Part shown: in pieces, positions 1 through 10,465 of the stretch
Layout: the number at the start of each line of letters is the position of its first letter
Numbering within the stretch: the first letter of the stretch is position 1
From: Bacillus phage vB_BspM_Internexus
Reading direction: 5' to 3' (one strand)
Sequence record: MW749003.1
DNA: 40,000 nucleotides
The notes under the pieces: generated by a model
What the model was told of the DNA's origin: nothing
What the model saw: only the letters and a program-made list of their open reading frames with translations
The model's database searches: none
Made by a program: the position numbers and the translations under genes

Positions 1-562
1 CTAGTAAAGCTCTATTATAGTAGTTTCCATATCCGATAGTATTCAAAGCCATAATATCATCTTTAATAGAATCAATTCTTTCCCAAATTAATTCATATTC
101 TTTTCTTTCATTACTTACTACAGGAACACCATCAGTAAAAAAAGTCACATTAAAATTAGGACAGAGGGCTTTTAAGTCATCAATAATTTCTTTAACATGC
201 AATAGTGATTCAGAAAAACAAGTAGCACCAACAGGTGATTTAAGAGTATCGAGTAAAATATTAATATCTTCAGAATCACGTTTTGATTTACCTTTAAACA
301 CTGTTTTACATTGACCTTCACTAGAGAACCAGATAACTGAAATTAGATCATTATCACTCATTAATCGTAATGTACCTTTAACATTTTCAATTAATTGTGG
401 TAAATCAGTATTCATTGACCAAGACCGATCTAATACATGGATATGATGCAATCTATCAACTTCAATACTACTTTCTTTTACTTCTTCTTTAGAGTAATTG
501 ATAGCAATGACAGTTTTTTCAGTATTTCCCAATTTAATTTGACTTTTATATGTTTTCATCAT
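1..562 (-). CDS. von Willebrand factor A (VWA)-domain protein, partial (runs off left edge)
   Basis: Reverse-strand translation MMKTYKSQIKLGNTEKTVIAINYSKEEVKESSIEVDRLHHIHVLDRSWSMNTDLPQLIENVKGTLRLM...; DRSWS matches the MIDAS DxSxS motif, later ...FFTDG; GGAGGAAC just upstream of the start. Absent from ORF track because it has no stop in the window. Start may be 562 or 559. Confidence 0.75.
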   Translation of the reverse strand, partial: MMKTYKSQIKLGNTEKTVIAINYSKEEVKESSIEVDRLHHIHVLDRSWSMNTDLPQLIENVKGTLRLMSDNDLISVIWFSSEGQCKTVFKGKSKRDSEDINILLDTLKSPVGATCFSESLLHVKEIIDDLKALCPNFNVTFFTDGVPVVSNERKEYELIWERIDSIKDDIMALNTIGYGNYYNRALL

Positions 563-708
563 GTTCCTCCTCAAGATTTTCAGTTTTACAATTGAGTGTT
601 TGAACTTCTCATAAAAAGTTAGGAGAAAACCGTATCAAAATTTTTTTATAAATATATATTATAATTGGGATAAATGGTACAATTTATTCGAAAAGGGGAG
701 AAAAAATT

Positions 709-1458
709 ATGGGGAGAATTTTTATGGAGAGTGAACAAGGGATTGTGGAAGTGGAAGAAAAAGGAAATATTTATGAATTAACTGAAATCATGAAGGAAAA
801 AGGTAGATCAGTGAAACTTAAGAAAACACATTTTATGGAAAGAGAAGAATTAGTGAAGTCTACGAATTTTAATTTAGTATCAAATAGCGTTATCACTAAT
901 TTTGAATTACAATTTCTAATTGGAGACAGTGATATTGTCAATAGGAAAGATAGTGATATAGAATTATTTTTCCACAAAAGATTAAAAGTATTCCTAACAG
1001 AGATGTTAGTTGAAAAATTAACTAATAATGAAATTAAAGGTGCAACATATTCATTCTTTGGAAATATGGGAAATGAACATTTTGTATCACATATTGATAA
1101 AGTTCAAATTTTTAAAGATGAAAATAAAGTAAATTTTGTTTTCTCAAGTGTATTAGATGGAAAAATTAACAGCCTAGATGTTGATTTACATAAAATGAAA
1201 AATGAATTTCATGTTGATAAATTATTCAATATTATGAATAATATTATTGGTGAAGATGTTCATACTATTAATCTAAATTGTAGTTATAACACGCTTAATA
1301 ATAGACGATTATTTAGTGTAAATATGTTACCTCTACTTATTGGTTATAAAACTAGCACTACACAAACTGAAAATTATCTATGTACCTTCACAGTATTTGA
1401 CATAAATCTTTGGAAAGAGCCATTCATGATAGATAAAGAGCTAGGAAGAAATATATAA
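709..1458 (+). CDS. hypothetical protein
   Basis: 249-aa ORF with RBS (aaggggaga); probable diverged relative of the next ORF. Confidence 0.75.
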   Translation: MGRIFMESEQGIVEVEEKGNIYELTEIMKEKGRSVKLKKTHFMEREELVKSTNFNLVSNSVITNFELQFLIGDSDIVNRKDSDIELFFHKRLKVFLTEMLVEKLTNNEIKGATYSFFGNMGNEHFVSHIDKVQIFKDENKVNFVFSSVLDGKINSLDVDLHKMKNEFHVDKLFNIMNNIIGEDVHTINLNCSYNTLNNRRLFSVNMLPLLIGYKTSTTQTENYLCTFTVFDINLWKEPFMIDKELGRNI

Positions 1459-1476
1459 ATTATTTAAATATGGGAG

Positions 1477-2277
1477 ATGAGTGAAGAAATGACACCAATG
1501 GAGGAATATAGAGGATTATGTAATAGTGAAAGCGTTCTAAGTATTTTTGATAGAAACTATAAATTTAGCGTTTCTAGAAATATTAAAGGTTTTAGCTTCA
1601 CTGAGTCAATTAGAAATCCTTATGGCAACAATAAGATGAACATCGGATCCCTTTCACAAGATAAAGAAGACATCATTAATGTTATAGATTATAGCAGATT
1701 AGATAAAGAATATAAATTGTCTAATCAAGTGGAATATGAATTCTTTATTAAAGATGTAAGAACTATTAATAAAGATTTTAAACTTTACAAAATATTCTTC
1801 TATAATGTTATTAAAGAAATGATATGGGAGAGAATAAAGGAAACTCAAACATTTGACGGTTACAAAATCCCAGATAACCTTGAAATTAACTTAGTTGATA
1901 CAGTTAATTTCATGAGTATTGACATTCCTTCAAGAATGGTGAATTTTGATGAAATTCATTATAGTTATGGTAGATTTAATGATTCTATTAGTATTGATTT
2001 TGAATTTGCTAATAAATATATTGATTTAAATAAATTGATTAATTTAGTTAATTCTGGTATTGAAAATAAAGAGCTAATAGAAATAGAAATGTCTCTACAT
2101 GCACATAGGAACTTTAAAGATAATAGAGATGATTATTTATTTGATCTACCAATATTTATGAATTGCCACTCAGATCCAATAGACCCTAGAGATTCTAAGG
2201 AGGATTGGATAACAACAATGGCTATATTTAGTAATGAACTATGGGATGGAAATTATGAAAATTTTATAAAAAAATAA
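1477..2277 (+). CDS. hypothetical protein
   Basis: 266-aa ORF; similar C-terminal layout to 709..1458. Confidence 0.7.
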   Translation: MSEEMTPMEEYRGLCNSESVLSIFDRNYKFSVSRNIKGFSFTESIRNPYGNNKMNIGSLSQDKEDIINVIDYSRLDKEYKLSNQVEYEFFIKDVRTINKDFKLYKIFFYNVIKEMIWERIKETQTFDGYKIPDNLEINLVDTVNFMSIDIPSRMVNFDEIHYSYGRFNDSISIDFEFANKYIDLNKLINLVNSGIENKELIEIEMSLHAHRNFKDNRDDYLFDLPIFMNCHSDPIDPRDSKEDWITTMAIFSNELWDGNYENFIKK

Positions 2278-2421
2278 AAGGAGGGAGTGAGTACATACCG
2301 TACCCCACTGTCCTTCTTTTTTTTATTCTGATTTTTCAAATTCAATTAAATCTTTTCCCATTTATTAATCTCGTTTAAACTTCTACCTTAAATATAGTTA
2401 TTTCTTAAATATTTCCTATAC

Positions 2422-2637
2422 TTAATGTTTCATTCTTTTATTTAGCTCTTCCACAACTTTTTCAATATCACTTTCAAACTTATATGAGGTTAAGAATGCA
2501 TTAGGAGTAATTCTAGATTTTTCATTATATTGAATTAATACTTGGAATAAATTAAGAAGATTATTCTTTTTCATTTCTTCTAGAACAATATTATTCTCTT
2601 CAATAAAACTAATTTTTTCAACAATATTAACACTCAT
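2422..2637 (-). CDS. small hypothetical protein
   Basis: 71-aa ORF overlapping the upstream minus-strand ORF, RBS-like ggaggtt. Confidence 0.55.
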   Translation of the reverse strand: MSVNIVEKISFIEENNIVLEEMKKNNLLNLFQVLIQYNEKSRITPNAFLTSYKFESDIEKVVEELNKRMKH

Positions 2638-2827
2638 TATTCAAACCTCTCCTTCTGATCTCTTTATTTGTTAAATCTAAAATTGAATTTTGACGTTTGA
2701 TATATTCTTCTACAATATTACCACCAATTGAATGATCAAGAATTCTTCTCTTAGCATCCTCTTGGCAAGCTAAGAGAGATTCATTATCTAGATTCTTAAT
2801 ACTATTGATATAAAATGATATATTCAT
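2627..2827 (-). CDS. small hypothetical protein
   Basis: 66-aa ORF, co-directional with Nudix gene, RBS agggggaaa. Confidence 0.6.
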   Translation of the reverse strand: MNISFYINSIKNLDNESLLACQEDAKRRILDHSIGGNIVEEYIKRQNSILDLTNKEIRRRGLNNEC

Positions 2828-2836
2828 ATTTTCCCC

Positions 2837-3397
2837 CTAGAGACGATTATATTTAAGTGCCATTAATATTGAAGATTTACTAGCTTTATAGATTTTATTA
2901 TCCACTATTAAATTAAGAGCTTCCTCTTTTGTAAATGCTTTTACCTCTCCAATTTCACCTTTTTGTGGAATAATATCATCAATAGTTGATCTTTTTAATC
3001 TAGTAATAAAAGTAAAATCCCTTTTATACTTAATCTGACCTCTCTTTAAATAAAACTTATCAGTATAATCAACAAGTTCAACTGTATAAGTTTGTATACC
3101 TGCCTTAATTCCAAATTCTTCTTCTAACTCTCTTAAAGCACATCTCATTGGTGATTCTCCTTTTTCAAGACCACCTCCAGGAATAGTCCATTTATATTCT
3201 TCTTCACCATTTGCAATTTTCTCATGTACAAAATCTGGTAAGTCTGTTCTTGTTCCCAAAATAATTCTATCTTTATCATCTAGTAAAATAATACCACAAC
3301 CAATATCTCTAAAACTACTATTGACCTTCTTGTTAACTGTGATATCTTTTACTTTCTCAAAGATTGAGATATCACTATCTTTTCTTTTTGGAATCAT
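2837..3397 (-). CDS. Nudix hydrolase
   Basis: Nudix box GGGLEKGESPMRCALRELEEEFGI (GX5EX7REUXEEXGU). Confidence 0.9.
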   Translation of the reverse strand: MIPKRKDSDISIFEKVKDITVNKKVNSSFRDIGCGIILLDDKDRIILGTRTDLPDFVHEKIANGEEEYKWTIPGGGLEKGESPMRCALRELEEEFGIKAGIQTYTVELVDYTDKFYLKRGQIKYKRDFTFITRLKRSTIDDIIPQKGEIGEVKAFTKEEALNLIVDNKIYKASKSSILMALKYNRL

Positions 3398-3708
3398 AAT
3401 TATATTTCTCCTTTTTAAATTATTCTTTTTAATAATATATATTTAATGACTTATTTAAATAATTCTTTTTCTTCACATTAATTGGTTATGTATTTTTTAT
3501 AAATAATAAAAGATATCATTTTATATAACAACATGTTATATATTTGAATATCTTTTATTATTATTATTATTTTATTAAATAATATTTTTTTTTATTAATC
3601 CTTCCCTAAAAACCCCTATTATTAATTTTGTTTATTTTTTTATTTGCTTAAAAAAATTAGAGAATGGAACATTATATTAAATTTGATGGGAAGGATTGAG
3701 ATTAGATC

Positions 3709-5037
3709 ATGAGCAATAAAACTTTTGTCTTAGATACATCAGTACTGTGTCATTACCCTGAATCATTATTTTCTTTTGAGGATAATAAGATTGTAATAAC
3801 AGAAACAGTTATTGAAGAATTAAGTAAGCGTAGAAAATCAAGTGATGAATCAGGAAAAAATGCTCGTGATGCTATTAGATATATTAATGAACTGAGTAAG
3901 CAAGGCAATATTACTGAAGGTATAGATATGGATAATGAGGGTATTATTGTCATTGAAACTAATTATGCTGATATTGAAATGCCAAATGGCTGGAATAAAA
4001 ATGATAATGATAATAAAATGCTTCAAGTCTGTCAATATTTAATAAATCAAGGTGAAGATGTACATTTTGTAACAAAAAGTCCTTTAAGAAGTCTTAAGGC
4101 AACTATTCTTGAAATTCAAAATGAAGATTTTATTACTGATAGAGTCGAAGATGAATATTCAGGTAGACGAGATATCTTATTAACAGAAGATGATCTAAAT
4201 TTATTCTTCTCTGAAGGCACTATCGATACATTAACAACTGAAATGTATGATATAGACGGTAATATTATTGATCCTAGTATCTTAACAAAGAATGAATATA
4301 TTACTATAATGTCGAATACAGATTTAAATCAAACAGGTTTAGGTTACTATACAAATGGTTATATTAAAAAGTTAATTTTTGGGGAATATAACCCTTATCA
4401 AGTACAACCTAAAAATGCGGCTCAAAGATTTGCTATTGATGCATTAATGCAAACTCCAAAAGAAACACCATTGGTAATACTAAAAGGTCCAGCAGGAACA
4501 GCTAAAACTTTTCTATCAATTGCTTCAGCACTAGATACAGTAGTTGATAGACAAGAATATAGACGGATTTTAGTTTGTAGACCAAATGTTTTAATGGAAG
4601 AAACACTTGGATTCCTTCCGGGAGATGAAAATGAAAAAATAGCACCATTAATGCGCCCTATTATGGATAATTTAGAAGTATTAATTGATGAACAATCAGT
4701 AATAAATAATCTATTTGAAACAGAAACTATCGTTACCCAAGCAGTTGGATACTTACGAGGAAGATCTATTCCTAATACTTTTATTATTATAGATGAAGCA
4801 CAAAATGTTACACCTAAAGCAATGAAAGGTATTCTTTCTCGTGTTGGTTATGGTACAAAAATTGTTATTTGTGGAGATACTGATCAGATTGATCATCCTT
4901 ATTTAACTAAAACTGTTAATGGTTTAGCATATGCTTCTGATAAAATGAAAGGTAGTTCACTTTGTAGACAAATCACTTTTAAAACTGAAGAAAATCAAAG
5001 ATCTCCTTTAGCTCAAGAAGTAACAGAACGATTATAA
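3709..5037 (+). CDS. phoH: PhoH-family ATPase with N-terminal PIN domain
   Basis: N-terminal PIN features (FVLDTSVLCHYPES), Walker A GPAGTAKT, ILVCRPNV, Walker B TFIIIDEAQN, KIVICGDTDQID. Confidence 0.93.
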   Translation: MSNKTFVLDTSVLCHYPESLFSFEDNKIVITETVIEELSKRRKSSDESGKNARDAIRYINELSKQGNITEGIDMDNEGIIVIETNYADIEMPNGWNKNDNDNKMLQVCQYLINQGEDVHFVTKSPLRSLKATILEIQNEDFITDRVEDEYSGRRDILLTEDDLNLFFSEGTIDTLTTEMYDIDGNIIDPSILTKNEYITIMSNTDLNQTGLGYYTNGYIKKLIFGEYNPYQVQPKNAAQRFAIDALMQTPKETPLVILKGPAGTAKTFLSIASALDTVVDRQEYRRILVCRPNVLMEETLGFLPGDENEKIAPLMRPIMDNLEVLIDEQSVINNLFETETIVTQAVGYLRGRSIPNTFIIIDEAQNVTPKAMKGILSRVGYGTKIVICGDTDQIDHPYLTKTVNGLAYASDKMKGSSLCRQITFKTEENQRSPLAQEVTERL

Positions 5038-5154
5038 GAAAAACAAGGATTTGGTGGTTAATTATACCGCTGAATCCTTGTTTTTCCTATTTTTTAACAA
5101 AACAATGCATTATAGGAATCTACAAATAGAATGTTGATATAAGGGGGATTAAAC

Positions 5155-5589
5155 TTGAGCAGAGAGAAAATTTTAAAGGAGACATTGCTTCTTAATTCAT
5201 TATTAGAAGCAAAAGTAATATCAAGGGAAAATGTTTTATTAAAAATCGAAAAAATGGTAAATAGTATGAACCCGCCACCTAAAAAGGTTATTTTTAGAGC
5301 AGTAAAAGATAAACAAGATAATTTAATAGATATAGAAGTTGTTGAACCGCAAAGATATGGAAAAGAGAAAACACTAATGAGCATTCAAAATGTTTTTACA
5401 ACTGATTCAATTGAAAATACTCTAAGTGATATTGAGGCATCTTTTAAACTTGCAAATGAGTTTAAACCTATATTTAAAAAGGCAACTTTAAGAAAAAAGA
5501 AAAATAATACTGAATTCTATTTTTCATTCCATGATAACAGACGTGTTTACAATCTTGAGACAGAAAAGTGGGAGAAAATGATAATGTAA
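5155..5589 (+). CDS. hypothetical protein
   Basis: 144-aa ORF downstream of phoH; start codon TTG. Confidence 0.6.
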   Translation: MSREKILKETLLLNSLLEAKVISRENVLLKIEKMVNSMNPPPKKVIFRAVKDKQDNLIDIEVVEPQRYGKEKTLMSIQNVFTTDSIENTLSDIEASFKLANEFKPIFKKATLRKKKNNTEFYFSFHDNRRVYNLETEKWEKMIM

Positions 5590-5637
5590 ATGAAATAACA
5601 GTTAAGTGATTTTAAACACTTAACTGTTATTTATTAA

Positions 5638-6060
5638 TTATTTCATTTTACCTTTCATATTTAGGAGTGGTTTAAAATTAACTTTAACTGTTTTAATTTT
5701 ACCATCTTTAGATCTATACAAAGCGTATACAGTTCTCATAGAACCTTTAGCTGTTGGACCTTCTTCTGTAATAACTACTTGACCATTAAAGGTTTTGAAG
5801 TTTTGAGTAGAGATCTTGGTGAGATTTCCTATAGAAAATGTACTTTTCATACTACTTGAAAATACTGCTTTTAGTTCTTCTGAGTCTTTTAATTCATTAA
5901 CACTTTTTACTGGTGTTAATCCTTTCTTTTGAGCCTTAGCATTTGTTTCTTTAAGAGCAATTTCAATAGCTTTTTTAAGATCAGGCGCTCCTTTACTTAC
6001 ACGAATTGCTTCATTAAACATAAATGAAGACTCAGCTAATTTTAACTGTTTTTCATTCAT
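5638..6060 (-). CDS. hypothetical protein, possible head-associated protein
   Basis: 140-aa ORF; N-terminus MNEKQLKLAESSFMFNEAI resembles that of 33517..33759(-). Confidence 0.65.
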   Translation of the reverse strand: MNEKQLKLAESSFMFNEAIRVSKGAPDLKKAIEIALKETNAKAQKKGLTPVKSVNELKDSEELKAVFSSSMKSTFSIGNLTKISTQNFKTFNGQVVITEEGPTAKGSMRTVYALYRSKDGKIKTVKVNFKPLLNMKGKMK

Positions 6061-6146
6061 ATGAAAACCTCCAATATTTGATATAATATATTGTTTATTG
6101 AAGAAGACAACAATTAATTATAAACTGGATAAGTAGGAGGATTATT

Positions 6147-9100
6147 ATGTCATTTTTTAAAGGTATTCGGAACATAGAAAGAGTTCAATATGATCTAGTG
6201 CAATATTGTGACAAGGAATTTGTTCCAAAATTTATAGCAAGTCAAAATATTGATGAAGATAAATTATACGATACTATTGATTTTAGTTTACAGTTAGCTG
6301 AAAAATTACATTTAGATTATAATATGTGTTTCACTATTGCAGTAATGCATGATTTTGGTTATATTGAGGAAGATGAAAATAATTTTAATACATTAATGAG
6401 CATAAAAGCAGATCAATTTTTATTGAGATATTTTGATGGAAGTCAAATGGAAATTATTGAGTCTGCTTGTAAAGAACACGATGGTACAAGTAGAGAAACA
6501 GGAATATTTACATCTTTATATTCAAAGGTTATTGCAGATGCAGATAGGATGTCAATATTAAGAATTGAAGCTATGATTCGTCATTATTGGAAATTCTATT
6601 CTAGTCAAAAGGCATTTTCTAATACAGATGAGCGTCCTAATAAACTAACAGATAAAGAAATTTTTGATAAGATGTATAGTTTTCTTAAAAAAGAGTATGG
6701 TACAATTGTATCAAAAAATAAATTATTGTTAGAAGCATCAAGAGAAATGATGAAAGATGAAATAGAGAATTCTAATAAAGTATTAAGCTCTGAAGAAGAC
6801 ACAAAAAGAATGGTTCTACATTTAGCTACTTATGGGGAAATCCAAATAAATAATGATGGAACGCTTACCGTAGAAAAAATAACTAAAGAGCCAATCAGTG
6901 AATCAGATCCTTTTGAATTATTTGAAAAAAATATAAAAGAATCAGTAGATGAACAACTACTAGAAGCCGCACCAAAGAATCTATCAAAGAGACAAAAGGT
7001 AGAAGATTTAATATATAAGGTACTTTCAGTTTTAGATGATACTGGAGCTAACTTGAGAAAATATAAAGAGTTCTTTGGTAAAATGAACGATGAACAATTT
7101 GATAGATATATGAAAAAATTCCTAAAAGATGAAGATGAAAATTTTTATCTTGAAATTTTACCTAATAAAAGTGAACCTTCATTAAAGCAAATTAAAAAAG
7201 CACTAGATATCTTAAAAGTACCAACTGATGAATATGTATATCTTCGACATGATGGTCATAAAAATGATCCTATTAGAACTGCATATAAAGTACCTGTTGG
7301 TTATATTACAATTAAGCGGGTACAACAGATCCTAAGTAAAAAGAATACTTATTCTCTTGATATTGCACAAAGAAACATGAAATCGGGTTATAATTGGCTC
7401 TCCATTATAGCAATATAATGGCAAACACTCTCCTTAATTTCTGGGATATCCTAATTTTTAGGACAATCAGAAGCGAATTTGAATAAAAACCTAATATTCA
7501 AAACGTTCAACGACTATCCGAAAGCAATCATACGATTGTGAGTAGCGGTGAAATTCCGCAATAGGAGTACGGCTCAAGCTATTGGAGTGGGTGAGAATCC
7601 CTTAAATGGAAACAGGAGGTATCCTTAACGGATAAAGATATAGTCTCGTCTCTATGGTAACATAGAGCAGTTCATAAGAGAACGCAGTAGATGTAGCGAG
7701 TCTACTGGAAGATACGCAAGTTACAGGTAATGACAAAATTGCCAGAATATCTGATATTGAATCATATAGTCTTGTTGCTATAGGAGCTGATAATGCTTTA
7801 AAAGAATTCCTTGGACCACGAGCTAGATTATTGGCTCGTAATTTCCTTAATTGCTGGAAACTCCTTAGAGCTTATTAGACCACAACGTGACTGGTAACAG
7901 TGAGCGTGAAGGTTATAAGAACTAATAAGATTGGACAATCAGCAGCTAAGCTTTTATATAATTCTTTAAAAGAGCTGACAATGCTAAAACAAAAATATAT
8001 TTAAATTTAGTGTTGGAGGTAATTAAATTTTATGCCTAGAAGAAAAAGCAATGAGGAATTTATGAATGAAGTTATAGAGTTAGTAGGGGAAGAATATACA
8101 TTTTTAGAGAAGTATGTACGATCACTGACTAAAATAAAGGTAAAGCATAATATTTGTAATAATATATACATGGTTACTCCTAATGATTTCCTAAATGGTG
8201 GAAAAAGATGTCCTAAATGTACTGTTCAAAAAATGGCTGATCGGTCAAGAATGACAAATGAGGAATTCATTAATAGAGTAAAAAAAGTAACTAAAAATGA
8301 TTATACCTTTCTAGAAAAATATAATGGTACTAATAACAATTTAAAAGTAATTCATAATATTTGTGGATATAAATATTGTGTATCACCTAATAATTTCCTA
8401 AATGGTGGAAAAAGATGTCCTAAATGTGCTAATAATATTAAAAGAACAAATAAGGAATTCGTTAATGAAATTAGCAAATTAGTAGGAGAAGAATATACTT
8501 TTTTAGATGAGTATATAAATACTGATACGCCTATAAAAATTATTCATAATATTTGTGGTCATAAATATAAAACTTCCCCTAAAGAGTTTATTCATAGAAA
8601 TTCTCGTTGTCCAAAGTGTAATTTTCTTAATAATGAATCTTTCTTTTCTAAAGTTATAAAAAAGACATTAAATGAATTAAATATTTATTTTATTCAAGAA
8701 TATTCTATTAGAGAGTTGGGTAAAGGTAAAAAATTTGATTTTTATATACCTAGTTTAAACCTATTAATAGAGTATGATGGTAGCCAACATTTCTACCAAA
8801 AATTTAATGATAAAAATGGTTTCTTGTCACAGATAAAAAGAGACCAAGAAAAGAATGATTTTATAAAAAATAGTGAATACACTTTGATTAGAATAAGTTA
8901 CAAAATCAATAAAAACCTAGACATAATAATTAAAGAATTAATAAAAGAAAGTTCAACGACTATCGAAAAATATAATCTATTATTAATTAATAAAAATAAT
9001 GTAGTAAATTTTAACAAATATTACAAGAATGCTAATATTAATTATTTTGATTATATTAAGTAGAGTACCCTACAAGCTATTGGTAGTATACTTCTGGGAT

Positions 9101-9456
9101 GAAGTATAGTATAGAAAATTTTCTATATTGGGAAACAGGAAACTTAGAAGATATAGTCTCAACTTCTATGGAAACATAGAGCAGTTCATTAATACTATTT
9201 TAAATAGTATTATGAGAACGCAATGAGTGTAGCGAGCTCATTGGAAGATAACTTGGATAACTCTGTAGCAAAGACAGATATGTATAAAAATATTAATTTA
9301 TATGGATATACTTATCTAAAAGATTTAGGTCATGATATTACTGAAAATCAAACTCTTAATACCATGTATGTATATCTAATGGGTGCTGGATTAGGGAATG
9401 ATTTATTAAAAGAGGATACTAATTTAGAAGAACTATTAGATAAAAAAGGAAAGTGA
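6147..9456 (+). CDS. HD-domain protein with RNAP beta (RpoB) C-terminus-like domain; spliced join(6147..7388,7717..7824,9256..9456), predicted 516 aa
   Basis: HD signature (MHDFGY...KEHDG...IADADRM). Splicing gives ...GYITIKRVQQILSKKNTYSLDIAQRNMKSG|QVTGNDKIARISDIESYSLVAIGADNALKEFLGPRA|DNSVAKTDMYKN..., similar to the RpoB C-terminal region. Frame is kept at both junctions. Confidence 0.82.
7389..7716 (+). ncRNA. group I intron A, no ORF (328 nt)
   Basis: P ccttaatttctgggatatcc; Q gacaatcagaagcg; R gttcaacgactatcc; S aagatatagtctc; 3' G at 7716. P1 is the weakest of the set (GGGU|...GCUC). Confidence 0.88.
7825..9255 (+). ncRNA. group I intron B with endonuclease ORF (1431 nt)
   Basis: P1 acgagcu|agattattGGCUCGU (7 bp ending in U.G); P aattgctggaaactcc; Q gacaatcagcagc; R ttcaacgactatcg; S aagatatagtctc; terminal G 9255. 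Confidence 0.94.
8032..9063 (+). CDS. intron-encoded homing endonuclease, EDxHD-like (Vsr/PD-(D/E)XK-related) with three N-terminal Zn-finger-like repeats
   Basis: Three repeats IKVKHNICNNIYMVTPNDFLNGGKRCPKC / LKVIHNICGYKYCVSPNNFLNGGKRCPKC / IKIIHNICGHKYKTSPKEFIHRNSRCPKC, then FDFYIPSLNLLIEYDGSQHF...KRDQEKNDFIKNSEYTLIRISY. Confidence 0.88.
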   Translation: MPRRKSNEEFMNEVIELVGEEYTFLEKYVRSLTKIKVKHNICNNIYMVTPNDFLNGGKRCPKCTVQKMADRSRMTNEEFINRVKKVTKNDYTFLEKYNGTNNNLKVIHNICGYKYCVSPNNFLNGGKRCPKCANNIKRTNKEFVNEISKLVGEEYTFLDEYINTDTPIKIIHNICGHKYKTSPKEFIHRNSRCPKCNFLNNESFFSKVIKKTLNELNIYFIQEYSIRELGKGKKFDFYIPSLNLLIEYDGSQHFYQKFNDKNGFLSQIKRDQEKNDFIKNSEYTLIRISYKINKNLDIIIKELIKESSTTIEKYNLLLINKNNVVNFNKYYKNANINYFDYIK

Positions 9457-9460
9457 TATT

Positions 9461-10465
9461 ATGGAGAATAAAAGTAAAAACAATCCCCTTGAGATAAAAG
9501 GGGATTTTGTTTCATTAGCAGAAAATTTAAAATCATTTTTTTCTAAAGAATTAAAGGAAAATATTATTATTGATAAAGATAATATGCTATTAGAATATGA
9601 TTCAAATTTTGAGAAAGAATATTCATTCCCCTCAATCAAAATTGTAGAATCCAATAATAAATTAGTTGAAAGTAAATTTAAACAAATAGAATCTAGACTA
9701 AAAGAAAATTATCAATTTACTAATTATGATCTAAATATAGATGAAGATAAATCAAATAATATAAAGTATATTAGTCACCATTACAATTTAAAGGAAAATA
9801 AAAATGTTATCTTATCTATAAACATGATTAAGGATAATACGAGATATGATAAAATTATTGAGAGTGTTAATATAAGCCTAGTATTTAGTAATCCTGTTAT
9901 TACTGAAACTACGCATTTGGGAATCACAAAAACTAATATTTTAGAAGAAGATTTGTTAATGGAATCAGTATTTAAAAGAAATAAATATAATAATGAATTA
10001 GAGAATATGGATCGAATAATGCGAATTAATAGTATCTCTACTGTTAACTTATTAAATGTTTTTGATAGTAAATTGGTTAGCATGTTAGAAAGAAGATTTG
10101 GAACTTCTTTAAATGGAAATAAAGAATATTACACTACTTACAAAAAATCTTATGAAAAGGATCTTTTATTAAGACATTTTGTAGGAGAATATAATAAATT
10201 AGTAAACAACAAAGCATTGCCAAAGCATATTAGTTTTGCTTTCTCAGGACTGTTATATAAGGGACAAATGTACCCATTGTTAATTTCTATTAATAATAAT
10301 ATTAATAGGGTGATTGGAGTTTACTGTTTCTTATTAAGTCCAGATACTGAAAATGAGGGTGTTTATCAGATAGGAAAAGCTGAATTATACCACTCACCAG
10401 TTGATTCACTAGCAAGTGATATATTAAAAGTACGTAAAGTTCTTAAGTGTTCATATTTTGGATAA
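9461..10465 (+). CDS. hypothetical protein
   Basis: 334-aa ORF immediately after the spliced gene. Confidence 0.75.
   Translation: MENKSKNNPLEIKGDFVSLAENLKSFFSKELKENIIIDKDNMLLEYDSNFEKEYSFPSIKIVESNNKLVESKFKQIESRLKENYQFTNYDLNIDEDKSNNIKYISHHYNLKENKNVILSINMIKDNTRYDKIIESVNISLVFSNPVITETTHLGITKTNILEEDLLMESVFKRNKYNNELENMDRIMRINSISTVNLLNVFDSKLVSMLERRFGTSLNGNKEYYTTYKKSYEKDLLLRHFVGEYNKLVNNKALPKHISFAFSGLLYKGQMYPLLISINNNINRVIGVYCFLLSPDTENEGVYQIGKAELYHSPVDSLASDILKVRKVLKCSYFG

Noticed and set aside
771-977. Minus-strand ORFs 771..977, 3753..3953, 5094..5384, 6605..6802, 9436..9654, 9781..10083, 11473..11739, 27099..27326, 35038..35352
   Set aside because: Shadow ORFs opposite supported genes in AT-rich DNA.
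7398-7418. C-terminus YNWLSIIAI* of ORF 6147..7418 as the real protein end
   Set aside because: These codons are intron sequence (P1 region); splicing at 7388 restores the RpoB-like reading.
9223-9255. MSVASSLEDNL as N-terminus of ORF 9223..9456
   Set aside because: It is the 3' end of intron B; the real protein continues from exon 2 at D (9256).
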